From Pecten maximus (Eukaryota), in NCBI RefSeq assembly GCF_902652985.1, contig NC_047019.1, forward strand, positions 15,748,001 through 15,812,000: DNA of 64,000 nt, given 5' to 3'. Both the position numbers and the translations under genes were made by a program. The first letter of the stretch is position 1, and every line of letters starts with the position of its first letter. The notes beneath the pieces were generated by a model. The model saw nothing but the letters and a program-made list of their open reading frames with translations, was not told the origin of the DNA and did not search any database. This document shows positions 1 to 13,469 of the stretch, piece by piece.

Positions 1-129
1 TAGGGTATGATCTTTCAGAATATCACAAGTATATTTAGTAAAAACGTCAAATAAAGAAATTAAAAAATTGAAGAAAATGGATGGCTGAGGGACACTTTCG
101 CCAGAAATTCGGTAATGATATGAGAGAAA

Positions 130-291
130 AAGACTCTTTCATTATGTGTGTATGTAGGATAGGGATATTCCACCCTCGGGATCACAAAATGTGGTAAAAC
201 CCTCGGCAAGCCTCGGGTTTCATCACATTTTGTGACCCCTCGGGTGGAATGGAATATCCCTATCCTACATACACACATATGAAAGAGTCTT
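130..291. repeat. Long imperfect hairpin, probably the terminus of a non-autonomous hairpin-ended DNA element
   Basis: The arms aagactctttcat...gggatattccaccctcgggatcacaaaatgtg and cacattttgtgacccctcgggtggaat...atgaaagagtctt are reverse complements around a central cctcggcaagcctcgg. Same architecture as the hairpin at 55623-55760. Confidence 0.8.
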
Positions 292-810
292 ATAATCCCC
301 GAAACATAGGTCCAGGTAGGAATGGCTGTAGTGTTTTAAATTATTCAGCTTCATATATCTACTACAACAACTTTTAGCCGCCCAGTAAGTAGTGATTATT
401 TGTAATCGACCAATAAATACAATTAGAGATCGCTTTATGTTATTTGATCAATGAATACATATTACTTTTTCTGTATTGTGCTGTAAATAATATAACTGTG
501 GTTTTGTTATTTAATACAATGTGTGGTTTGTTTGTGTGCTTGTATGTTATTAGGTTGGGTAACCGAAACACTCCATCAAAATGTCATTGGCTTAATTTTT
601 ATTGATCGATAATTTATTAAGCTCCCACCTACCAAGTGCTTTTGATATGACTACAAAATAAAAATACATATATACATTGTAACGATATCGTTAGGTAGTT
701 TAAAATTCATAACAGCATACAGTACAACGTAGAGCCGGTGTACCACTACTTTTACAATCAATATCATTTTTTAGTATAAACACTCTACGGATATCTACAG
801 AGTGAAGACA

Positions 811-3800
811 ATGTCTATCGTAGTCATCATTGCTCGAGTGTTGTTGGGGTCAGTCCTCCTGAGTGGGGTAGTCTCTGGTCAATCTACGTCACTGACAAGG
901 GGGTCCACACTGGTTCCTAATACCGTCATCAATGCTATAATACAGGCATTGAATCGCCAAACGGTAAGTGTAATGCTATTTTCATTCAAAATAAGATGTA
1001 GTTGATAATGTTTGACCAATATGCGGATATTGTCCGTGATACTGAATATCCTATTCTAAGATTTTGTTCCATTTTTAGGCACGATTGTTTACATCGAAGT
1101 GCCTTTTTCTGATGTTATGAGACGTGTTAAACTACAGTTGAAGTCACAGTGCCTCTATCTAAGTGATAAATGCAATAGATGATACTGGAAGGTTCTAATG
1201 AAAATATGTATTTTCAAGAAACTTAAGTTTATGTCAAGTGTAAAAATGTGGATATCTTTACAGATAGCTAATACACTTACCAAAGCAGGTTTGAAGTTTG
1301 AATATGACTAACGGTTACTTTTACCGTCAACGCGTTCTAATATGAAATATCCATTGAGTGGAATCCTTTTCGTAATAACTTTCTCCTTCATAATGGCAAC
1401 GCGTTTGTGGTCATGACTGATTTTAAATAAAACCATGCAAATATCTGTCCGACTCTCCCTATAGGAACATCGACTCGACTGTATTCAATGTTGTATCAGA
1501 TAAGTACAGAAGCATCATTTTAGTTGGACGATATACAGAACGAGGAACACGGGGAATGTCAAACCCTAAATGACTATTAGAGATGAAACGTGGTACGGAC
1601 ATAGCATCTATTATACCTATTATATATAGGTTCATATCACGGAAGGCTCTGTAAGCTTACACATGATTTAACATGGTATGGTTGTCCCAAATCACATGTC
1701 CATACATGTATGTGAACTTTTTGTTTGATCCTTCAATTCTAATGAAACGTGATTATATAAGCAACTGATATTTAAGGTGATACCGTCATTCGCTTTATTG
1801 CTTCAAGAGTAACCTTGCAGATCTTGTCTTCTTGGACGCGCTTTAGAATGGCTAAATGTCGTAGACAATGTCTCCACGCAAGCATTTATTTGAAATGCTT
1901 ACTTTATATTGCAAGACCGATGACACCGGGTGTAGGTGGTACCTTTTGGAAAAGTGTGTGTCAGCTTGGTGTATGTCGCTGTAGATTATTTTTGTGTGTT
2001 TTCCCTTTATAATTGCATGATGCTTTGTAATGTAATAAAACCTGTACCTAACGGAAGATTACAATTTTCTATGCAAATTTGTTTAAAATTGTGTAGCTTT
2101 TCTTGCAAGACTTAAAACGTTTTGGCACGTAGATCGAAAGATCGAAGCATTGTCGCAGTAAAAATTGACAACGATAGATGAAATTACGTGTTATTTTATA
2201 TTTGCTAAAGAAGATCGAAATAGGGAAAGCGATCAAAATATTGTTGTTTAAATTTTTGAGACCTTATGATATTGTACGTTTTTTGAAAAATCATATTCGG
2301 TAAGCAGGTATGACATAACAAAATTACATGAATCGAATGTTTCTTTAGAATACATCAAAAAACTTGTACTGTGACCTGAAACGCATAGGTAGCCAATGCA
2401 AGGAATAGAGCTTCTGATACCCCAAAGATTAAAATATTACCATTGTAACAAGTGATTGTTTCATCCATTTTTCCTGGTTCAATTGATTTGGTTATAACAT
2501 GAGCATGCGATAGTCTTTACCTGTGCTGGCGCTTCTGGTAAGAAACAATCAGTTAAGTGTTTTCCTGATTATGCTTGAGCATCTTGGAGTTTATCCAATT
2601 ACTGATGTAATTTAAATATGCTTCATTTACAATGAACATATAAGTTATCAAACACGTTTTAAATGTTATATACAATGTATCAACGAAATATTATACTGTT
2701 TATAGATAAGAAGTAGCGGCAGACGAATGGAACCTGACCCGTTAAGGACCACCTCAAGAAATTTGCTGGTGACAGATGCATTTATACGACAACAACAGCC
2801 AATAGACGAAATCATTGAACAGGCCGAGTCAAGTTAGTTATATTTTCATTTAAGGTTATATGGATAGTGGGACCGGTTTCAGAATATACATGTACAAAGA
2901 TATCTGATGTTCTTGTTAAAATATACCTGAACATATAAGGAATTTCTTGATAAATGGTGGTTATGCAACCCTAGCCTATATTTTACATGTTAACGCCCAA
3001 TCATAAGGATTTCCATATTCATTGCTGGATTAGTACTTAACTCTACCATCTACCATCATTGATCTACCTGAGCATATATCTGACATTAATAGGGCTATTT
3101 TTTCTTGTGTATAATCCTTTGAAGAGGTGGACAATTTAAATTTCAAGGAAATTTAACTGCTTTCGCACTATATGTAATGCTACAGTTTTATTGGTCTAAT
3201 TGAATTTTCGTAATTTTAGCTTAAGTTTTTTTTATATATATTTTGTAGCGCCACCTCATTATTGCGCTGATATCTACATATTCAATAACTTTACTGTAAC
3301 TTGCATGTCATTAAAGATTTGTAGATACACAAGGATGTAATCTAGTGCCAGCTTAATTCGTAACAATACATAAAATCAATTAAATTACCCCATTTTTCAC
3401 TATTTAACTTCAGACTCTGCAATAATTCGTCTTGATGATCAGCGACAGATGAGAAGACAAGCAAGCACTGTTATTGAAGGCGATATTGTTCTAGATCAGT
3501 CAGAATTGGCAGATATAGACAAACAAATGTAAGAAAATAATCAATATTATCCATTAAACTTCAAAAATCAAACTTTTTAACCATACATGAATGTCATTCA
3601 ATAATGCTTCATAGTAATACCACGGTTCATGCTTTATTTTTTCATAGAAGTAATGATTCTGAATAAATACGTCGAAACTATTGATTTCCAGACGCTTTGA
3701 TATTTTGGAAGAGCAAATATTGAGAAGATTCCCAGCAGTTCGTCAGACTGATACAGCTTTTAGAGACCGAATCCGTGCTATACTGGAGCAAAGAGAAGCA

Positions 3801-6800
3801 ACAGTCCCAATGAGACGAAAGCGAGCTGCGAGACGGAGAAGGAGATGGCCACGAGCACAAGTAGGAGTAAGAATAGCCAGCTCTGGATTTAGTATGTAAT
3901 TGTTGTATATTTGCATTGTTTTAAACGTTTGGTAAATACAATTTCAGACAATGATCAGCAGAAAAAAGCAATACAGATTTGACGGGATCCATACAGGTGT
4001 CTCTTGAACTCCAGTAACACACAAAATAAATCCGAAAATATTACTGTAAACATGCTTAATTGAACGCAGTCAAATGTCAGCGTACAACCAAATTTAAACA
4101 GATTATTATTATTTTTGTTTATTCAAATTTGTTGTTGTCACATTCAAAATATACATTATGTATAATATATATTGATAGTAATAGTAATAGTAAAGGGCCA
4201 CTGTATGTCTGTTACTATATCTCAGAAACCAAACACATGCATCTCCATAAATTAAACTGCAACTGGTAGAAATATAGTACTTTTTTCCACCATTAATATA
4301 TTTTTTCATTTTACATAGTACAATGTTTCAATTATTTTGTTTTACAGTTCACTCATATATCCATATTAAAAAGTCTCTCAATGAAAATCCATTTTTGATT
4401 CACCATGTTCTGTTTCTTATTCGAATTTTCATATGTAATAGTACCACATTCTTCTACCTTTTTGTAAAAACGCATGTAAGTTTTCCATTCAGAAATTGTA
4501 GGGCTTTTACTCCTTAGTTTACACAAATATATGTAATATTTCAATATTAAAATTTAAAAAAAAATTGATTTCATATTTGTTTTCAGTTTCAAGTGTACCA
4601 AACATCATTATTATTGGGTCTTTTGATAAAACTATTCTACATCTGGATCTTAAGAGATACATAAATGATGACCAAAGAGACTGTACATGACAACATTCCC
4701 AGAATAATTGTAATAATGTTTCTCTTCCATCACTACAGAAAGTACATCTTTCTGTTTCAATCAATTTGCATTTCATTAACTTGGAATAAGTATATATAAT
4801 TCTGTGAAAGAGTTTGAATTTAAAATTCTGAAGTTTTGTGTCATCTGTAACATATCTTGGAATTAAATAAAACGTACACCAGGATTCATTGGGAATGTTA
4901 AAATGTAAAATTTCCTGCCATGCACTTTGACTTTTCATTGGTATCTCTATGACTGACTTTGAAAACAATTTATAAAAATACTTTGTAACTTTTTCATGTT
5001 TCTTCAAATATTGAATAAATTTACATTCTTTTATATCATGATCAATTGGCTCATTTCTTTGAAAAAAATTTAATTTCCATGACCTTGGTATTGTATCTAA
5101 AATTCCATAATATTCAACAAAATTCACATTTAAATTGAATTTCTCACAGAAATGTTGATGGGATAAAAACTTGTTATTTTCAACAAGGTCCCCAATAAAT
5201 AAAATACCATTTTCACACCAATGTCTATAAATAAAAATCGTATTATCAATTTTTATGAAGTTATTAAACCATATCGGCTGAGAAGCCACACTATCTGGGG
5301 TTGTGGAGAGTTCTTCACCAGATAAATCTGACCATGTAATGAATAATTCTCTCCAAAAACTAGTTAAAAAATTGGAAATTCTTTTTTCATTCTTAAATTT
5401 TTATCTCCACTATATGGTTCAATTCCGTCTAGTATAAGTGTCTTCCAAGGAGATGTATTTAATGGATCCAATATTTTTCTAATCCAGCACATTTTTAAAG
5501 CATGAAAAAATGTCATAATATGGGGTACACGTAAGCCTCCCTCGATATAATCTCCATACATAACTGTGCGTTTAACTTTGTCTATCTTTTCATTCCATAT
5601 AAATTCAAAAAAAAAACATTTCTGTAACTCCTTGATCAACTCTAATGGTGGGATAGGTAATGCAGTAAAAGTTTGAATAGAAATAGGCAAAGCTAAAGTT
5701 TTTATAACAATTACTTTGCCAATATATGTTAGATTTCTGAATGACCAATCATTTAGAAGTTTTTTAACATTGCTAAACTTTTGTCTGAAATTATCCTCAA
5801 AAATATTTTCCAATGGAAAAGTTATAAGTAATACCTAATAATTTAAATTTCCCCTGGTGATTCCAACTCAAATTCCTATCCGGAAGTAGTTCCTCTCCAC
5901 AACCCCGTTTTGCCCCAATCCATATGGCTTGTGTTTTTTCTAAATTTATCTTCAAACCAGACACTTTACCAAAATCATCTAAAATCTCAAGAACAGTGTT
6001 TAAGGAGTTTTCATCATCTGACAAAGTAAAGGAAGTATCATCAGCAAACTGATTGATCAAGAATTCTGAATTATTTATTATAATACCATTAATGTTGGGA
6101 TTTACTTTTATTGCTGAACTTAACAGATTAACTCAATGCTTAGTAAGAGCACTGAAAACGTTTGACTCAGAAAACAAAGACAGTGTCATTAGTACAGTTA
6201 TAATTGTCAGTATAATAAACACTAAATTAAGGTTACTCTGCTACAATAAAAAACGTTTAATCAACTTTGTAGGTACAGCACAGAAAAATAGAATAGCTGC
6301 AGCAATGAACGAGATTTCAGAGAGAACCTGCATCTGTTTCAACATTATCAGCAGGACGCAGGCTCTTCAGAGAGTCCCTCACGTACGAATTGTAAACGGC
6401 AACGGGTATGTTTTATTGTCATATTACATACATTGTGTAAAATATCTCATGTATAGATTATCATTTTTTGAAAAAGACAGAGGAATACTATATACACGAA
6501 ACCGTACTTCAGCTAAAAATTGTTAAAACGAGGGCAAATACGGATATCGCTTATATGATTTGCTACTGATCTACTATGGAACAAAAGAGGGCCAGTAAAA
6601 TGCATAGGGGTGAGGTCTAAGGCCAGTAAAATACATAGAGGTGAGGTCTTAAGCCAATAAAATGCATAGGAGTGATGTCAAGGGCTAGTAAAATACATAG
6701 GGGTGAGGTCTTAGGCCAGTTAAATACATAGGGGGTGAGGTCGAAGGCCTGTAAAATGCATAGGGGGCGAGGTCGAAGGCCAGTAGCAAACCATATGATG

Positions 6801-9800
6801 AAGTCATCACACCGAAGATATTTTCATATCCCCTTTTGATACGTCTGGAACATATTCTATCCTGTTCAATAAGTCTTCATTGCGTCCAGGTAGAAATGCG
6901 AAAGGTCTTCATCTAATCCACTAAAGTTCTCAAACCCTGCATCATGTCCATCATTTACTACAACGAATTCGCAGAATAATTGTTACAGCTCATCGCCTCC
7001 ACTACGTGCATCTTCTTCCCTTTTTTTTCGTCAATGTCTTCTCTTGTCGTCTGCCAAAATCGTACCATATTTGTCAACAAGCTTTTTTTTTTTTTTTTTT
7101 TTTTTAGTTCCAGACAAACATATACATCAATACTCTCTTAATTATGTACATGTAATCAATTTTTATGAATACTCCTACATTTTTGGTGTATTTTAAATCT
7201 ATTATAATCTACTATTACATTCTTAATTATTGGGCAGTATAGTGTATGTAGAATTGAAAACAATCAACCAATGAATATATTGCCTGGAGCTAATTGAAAA
7301 ATGGGATTGGGGGATAGTTTGGATAAAAAGTAGAAGCTGATTTTGAAAAGGAAATACAAAGATAAGAGAGAAAGGAAACATAAAAGGAAGAAGAGAAGAG
7401 GGAACGAGATTTCCGACGAAAGCAAAGGCAATTTCTGAAAGGGTGACAAAAAAATAACTGACTATTGCTAATAAAAACATTTAATGGAAAAGAAACGAGT
7501 CCAACAAAAACACAAGCAAATTGAAAAAATATAAAAATTAATTACGTTGGTAAATTGAAATCTATTTCATAATGAAAGACACTACCTTAATGTAATGGTT
7601 ATATTTATTTTCTAAAAGCTGAATGGTAAGCACTGAAATCCTCAATAAAAGTAGCTTCCTTGTCACATTTTTTTGCTAAGTATCTCTCGATGTTATATGA
7701 AGTTTTAAGGTTACTAATTAGAGTGGGTAAGTACAGAGCTTTACCTAAACACTTTTGACAATAAATATAGTGCTTCATATTTAGTATTATAATATTTTCT
7801 GCTCTGTTATTTTGGTGTGGGTTTTGTGCTATTTTACCAAAAATGAAATCTTTTTTACATACATTAAATGTCTCATTACAAGTAGCTTGCAACCAAATTT
7901 GGAAAGCCATAATTAAATTTTGGACTTTATTACATTCCCAAAGTACATGCTGTATTGTTTCTTTTTCTATGAAGCAGAAATTACACAAATCAGACTGAAC
8001 AAAATGAATCTTTTTCAAATAAGTGTTTGTAGCTAAGACATGATGATTAATTCTAAATTGCATCCATTGTAGTTTTGAATTTTTATTTGTCAACAAGCTT
8101 GGTCGCCGAGACGCTTAGAAGTAATATATGACGTCATTTCAAGCGGGAGGTTAACATTTTTCAAACGGCGTAGAGGAGGCAACTATTATGTTTTAAAAGT
8201 TATTAACAGGTACACAGACAAATGTTCGTTTCAGATATATCTGGGAGTGCTTAGTTTAGATTTGATATGTTTTAATTTCGAAGCGACAGACAACGGACGT
8301 CATATTGCCCCCTAATACACTTTCCTGGCCCTCCATTGTTACAAAGGCTGTCACCACGTGACCTGATTTTAACCAATCAAAATGCAACGATCCTGTTCTA
8401 GGTGCGATAATACCAGGTGATTAGAAAAAGGTTTCCTGCTTCATTGATCACACCTACCATTCAATTTGATATAGGTTCTTTTATCTGGTCCCTGTTTCTT
8501 GTCAATATTGAAGCTTCCTTTTTCTTGGTTTGTATTGTTCTAAATGAAAATTTATCATTCGACATTGAAACAATAATAATGATTTGGAGTTTTATAAACC
8601 TCTATATCACAGCAATACAGTCGGCCGTCTCAAAGCGGTTCACAAAATATGCTCTGTGGAAATGAATGAAAATGCAAACGGGCAGACGAACAGATAATTC
8701 TGACCATAACATTATATCAATACATTGCTTGTATAAATGTCTATTGTTATTGCATACATTTGTACGCAGATGTCGTTCTCGAGTTGGTAGAAATCTTCGG
8801 AATCAGGATGGCACCCGTTCTCAGGATCTTACCTTGGCACCAAGATGTAGAGTTGTGAGTACATAGTTTGTAAAAGTAAATCACCTCTATATTAAAATAT
8901 ACCAGTATCCGAGGTTAATCTGTATTGCACTGTGAGTTTGCTATGATTATGTGTGGTGTACTGTGCACATACTTTATTGGCGTGTTCAAATTGTATCGCA
9001 TTGTTGAATTTTATCAGATTGGCGCAATAATGAATATAGGCGCGCCAAAATTATTTCTTTATAAAAAACTGTTTATATTAAGTGCAAATAGCGCAAACAT
9101 AATTAAGCGTTATGCTTGTAACGTGACAAGCACTGAAATTTAATTACCGCTAAAATACTTACGTTTACAGTATTTGGCGAATTACACGAAAGCTCCAAAA
9201 TTGAACACACCAAATGATAACGTCATAAGTATAAAAATGTCGAATATTTGTGTAGACATACGATTCTCACGGTACCCATCGATTCTTTGGTCAATAAGCC
9301 GAAATGAAGCAATAATACAGATTTGCTGACACTAATATTAATAACTATGATATGTTTATATTAATTACTTCTTTGTATTTTAACAAAATGGGTTGGTCAT
9401 TTGTATGGGTCACAGTAGTTAGATCAATCGGCATGTGAACCGCCATGACTTCAAAAGCAATCACTGCATTTTTAAACAAAAGTGTGTATCTAATTGACAA
9501 GAAATCGTTTTTGCAACATTGACAAGCTGAAAATTTGACACAAGGTTGACGGCGATGCCAATTCTAGACAAAATTAACTAAAAAGTCAAAATACGGTAGA
9601 TTATGACGGCGCCATCAAAAAACTTATCACAGGAAATAACGAAAAGCGTTTTCTAACTGTATATTTTTTCTGATTAAACATCTCTGTGTTATTGAACTAA
9701 AATCAAATATAAATGAATAGAATACTTTGTGGCTTTCACACGTTTCCACCATCAATGACTCAAGATTAATGTATGTTGACGTAATATTAAGAAGAAAAAC

Positions 9801-12800
9801 AATGAAAAATGATGATGATTAATTATTCAATCAAACTTACTATTCGTCTTCTGAATAATTTATTCCATTTTTATCAATACGTATTTGTTAATCAGCATAA
9901 TGTTTTTTTCGTTTAAATGTGTATCATTACTTGAGTTTAACCTAGGATAATATCATCTTACCTTTTAATGTAGGTAACCGACATTTTATGCTCGGGACGA
10001 CAATTGTAGTTTTTCTATCTAATCGCTGTCAGTGTCTGTCTTCTGATTTGATTGATGACATTGTGATAAAATATGTACTTGTTAATCGCCAATGAATACC
10101 TTGTGATGTGATATTCAGAAAAATAATCAGTTTTCTTATCATCTTCAAGCCAATAATGTCTATCAACTATATGGCGATTTCATGATTTTATGAAGCGGAC
10201 CAACTGCATAGTTGATAACAATCGTGGGGGATATAATTCTGCTTTATCCGCTGTAATTAAATGTAGCGCGAAAATCAAAACCCAGCAAATATTTGTGTAC
10301 ATATATACAATAAAAAATATTTGAATTATTTTCAGGCTTTGCTGTGCAACATTTAATACAGCGACCTAGGTCAGATTGTGACAACCGCAAAACATAAAAT
10401 AAGTGAAATTTAAAAACGTTGATTTTGAATGTTACATACATGTATAAAGATACAATTTCATTTCAACAAATATCGATACTTTCATGTCTTGACAATTCAA
10501 GTAATATTCTTGGAGATCAATATTTTCCTGTGTGATACATTGGGATGTATCTTCCCTGAAGCTAAGGGTTTGGAAAGATGACATTCATACGCAGATATAT
10601 TTCGTCGTATTATTCAAGCGCTTTGGTGATGTTGCGATGCATTCGAAACGCTTTTACAACTTTCGGTATTATGCATTTAACGACAGAGAATTATATTTAG
10701 AAACGGTTTGAAATGGCCTATTTAGGGTGTAGTAAAGATACCTATATTTTGATATCCATATAATCTTGCGTAAAACATTCATGTACAAATTGCTGAAGCA
10801 TGATGCGATTAGTATTTTTAGATGATATTAATAGCTATCCAATGGCATTAATTTATAAATCGTAAGACAATGCCTGTTTGTTCAGGGTGTAACAAAGTAC
10901 ATGTAGTTTTAAATCTTGGGTGAAGATTCGGGATATTCAGTCCTCGATGGTTCTTAAGATTATACATTCAAGTATATCTCCCCTCGTTTTCGCCCCCTCA
11001 AGGTTGTGAAAATTATATTAATCTATGACTATATCAGGAGACCCTTTGCCGGTGTGTACAATTCTTTCTTTTTTTCGACATCAAATGCAATCGTAATATT
11101 GTTACATGAAACGAGCGACATTTAAAATCTCTTTGAAAATGCAGTTTACACACACCAGTGAACATGACGTGTGTCATGAAAAGGTGCCTCAATCTTGGCA
11201 AAATAATTTCAAAGGAAAATGAGTAACCCTTAAAATAGATATGTAGTAGTTTGGAATTCGTCCTTGATACTACCAATTGTAAAAATCTAAGCTGTTACTA
11301 ATGCACCATGAATTTAGTTGAAATGAATTCTCCTATTGATAAATAGTATACCACATTTCTGTCAACACTGAAAGTCTAAGGTTGGCCTACTTTTTCAGAA
11401 AAAAATATCAAAATAAATATCAAGCCCGACAAAACAATTGTGTATATAATTGGCAATCACGTTTGAGTGTTATAAAATTACTAGAAAATAAAGCAAGTAG
11501 ATCATAAGAGTTACGCATAGGAGCTTTCGTGGAGCTCTCATATCCATGCCTATAACCAGTGACATATGGACCATGTTTAATGAAAAGTACATCAGACATA
11601 AATGTCAATATATCTAAAACATGTTTTCTTCTTATATTCCAGAAACGTGTCGCTACGCACGAGTTACTCCACGCCTTAGGCCTGTATCACGAGCAGTCTA
11701 GACCGGACAGAACGAGATTTGTGCGCATATTCAGAGGAAATGTGGAGCGTGGCAAACGCGGAAATTTTAGGCGGTACAGCCGAGCAACAATTGACTCTTT
11801 AGAAATCCCGTATGACTACCGTAGCATTATGCACTATAGCAACAGAGTAAGCACAATTTGTATACAGTACGTGACGTAAATGCTCCAAATTCAAAGCATG
11901 CTTTTTGTTACCTATATTTAACGGTTAGTGTATGAATGTTTCCACGTGAAATTAGATTGGCCCACACCACTTTCGGCAGACTCAGAGGTTTTCACATGTT
12001 GGTCAATAAGCAGTCCGAAAACTATGCTGTCATATAATACCATTTCGATATACAAATGCATAATGCACGACACGTTTACCAAAGCGACACAACAAATATA
12101 AAAATACTCATTTTTATATAGGAAATATTATTTATGATTTAAGAAAGTTAAGCTATATTTTAAGCAGGTATATGTTAAGATAAGATTAAAAAATAATCAA
12201 ATAGGTCTAGACTTTTATAAAGCAGATATGTCTGTTTAAGGATTGCTCGTTAATTCTTTTTGTTCGCCTTGTGTCATGTTCATGCTTGAGGTCACATGCC
12301 CCACTATAAGACCACTTGTTTCAAGATAATGAATTGCCTGCATTCAAACATACGAGTATAGAATATTACCACAGGTTATTTTTATTCGTGATGTGGATAT
12401 ATATTAATGCAACGATTCTAATACACCTGTATGATATCATTGTGATAATATATTTTTATACATGCCCCAAACTTATTAAAGGCGATAACTAGTATTAAAA
12501 TTGTCAGCGTGTCCGCCCGTTAAAACGCTGTGCACAATATATGTTTGGTGGTCGTCGGTCAAGATTAAAGGTCAAAGGTCACACTATTGAAACCAAAACG
12601 TTTATATACAATATATATTTTGAGCCCCTGGACCCATTTGTTTTATATTCACACAATACCATTAGGGCATGACACTCTACACGTACTATTATGTTGGAGA
12701 ACATCTGTCAAGATTAAAGGTCAAAGGTCAGACTTCACCACTTAAAAAACTTGAGCCCCAGGACACACTCTATAAGTAGTAATATTTTGGCGGGTATTAT

Positions 12801-13469
12801 TCAGGAAATAAAATTAAAGGTCATACATGAGCTTTAAAAACATGAGGGAAACATTGGACAGATTTAGCTCACAACCGCACAATGAAAAGTTTAAAATTAA
12901 TTACCCTATTAGACTTTGGTGAATTTCGCTCAAGTTTACACTGACCAATATTGAGATCAAAACGTTTGTGTACAAGATAGATCTTCCATATAGATAGTTG
13001 GTTTACATTAACACAAAACAATCACAGCATGGAATTCTACTCCTTGTTATATTTCGGTGATTATCAGTCAAGATCATAGGTAAAATGTCACACTTGACCA
13101 CTTTTGATTTTTTTTTTATAATGTATCCCTGGTTCATATTCTTAAAAAACCATCATAGCGTGAAATTTTATATAAATGGTCAGATGTTCCTCTGTTAAAC
13201 TCCTTAACACATCTATTTGATTTATGAAGGGATTGGGGACTATTTGTTCTGACCTCAACTCACTATGCTTGTATTCCTGTATGTTTCAGGCGTTTAGCAG
13301 AAATGACCAGTACACTATCGTACCGCGACCACGAGGAAACAGAAGACGTTATCTGGATATAATCGGCAAAGCTACAGAGATGAGTGGGAACGACGCGAGA
13401 GCAATTAATGAGATGTATAGTTGTGCCACACCCATCATTCCGGGTAGATGTGCCCGACTATCCCTATAG
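811..13469 (+). CDS. Secreted astacin-family (M12A) zinc metalloprotease, ~398 aa, 8 exons: 811-963, 2706-2832, 3414-3528, 3692-3891, 6273-6405, 8770-8854, 11643-11846, 13290-13469
   Basis: Hydrophobic signal peptide (MSIVVIIARVLLGSVLLSG), pro-peptide Asp-switch IEGDI, furin site RRKR|AA, WP, TCxxF, GCRSRVGR, zinc motif HELLHALGLYHEQSRPDR, Met-turn SIMHY and terminal INEMYSC. All introns are GT-AG with compatible phases; total 1197 nt. Confidence 0.92.
4106..6121 (-). mobile_element. 5'-truncated, frameshifted L1/Tx1-like LINE (RT C-terminal half + Cys-rich domain) in astacin intron 4
   Basis: ORFs 5797-6060 (QFADD, GLKINLEKT, KLLGI), 5364-5813 (GGLRVP) and 4519-5289 (CTFC..ETLLQLFWEC). AATAAA and a (TAA)n tail lie near 4106-4122 on the minus strand. 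9-bp TSD aacagatta at 4097-4105 and 6122-6130. Confidence 0.9.
6591..6785. repeat. Minisatellite, ~31-32 bp unit x ~6
   Basis: Recurrent gccagtaaaat(g/a)cataggggtgaggtc(t/g)aag. Confidence 0.85.
6790..8410 (-). mobile_element. Degenerate relic of a probable Crypton-like/DUF3504-type (tyrosine recombinase) element, interrupted by a LINE
   Basis: The minus strand from ATG 7068 reads, with a frameshift and a stop, MVRFWQTTREDIDEKK...LFCEF...GFENFSGLDEDLSHFYLDA, resembling the N-terminus of KIAA1958/ZMYM/Crypton-type proteins. A ccaatcaaaat...gataa terminal-type motif lies near 8372-8410. Family assignment is from recollection of motifs only. Confidence 0.4.
7085..8083 (-). mobile_element. Heavily 5'-truncated L1/Tx1-like LINE 3' end in astacin intron 5
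   Basis: ORF 7605-8096 with CNFC..ETIQHVLWEC, a poly(A) tail seen as a T-run near 7083-7105, and a 17-bp TSD tatttgtcaacaagctt at 7068-7084 and 8084-8100. Confidence 0.9.
12450..13140. repeat. Degenerate interspersed repeat with internal ~170-bp subrepeats (Helentron/HINE-like)
   Basis: Repeated gtcaagattaaaggtcaaaggtca (~12558, ~12707) and ttgagcccc..ggac, a motif type common in bivalve repeats. Boundaries are approximate. Confidence 0.45.
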
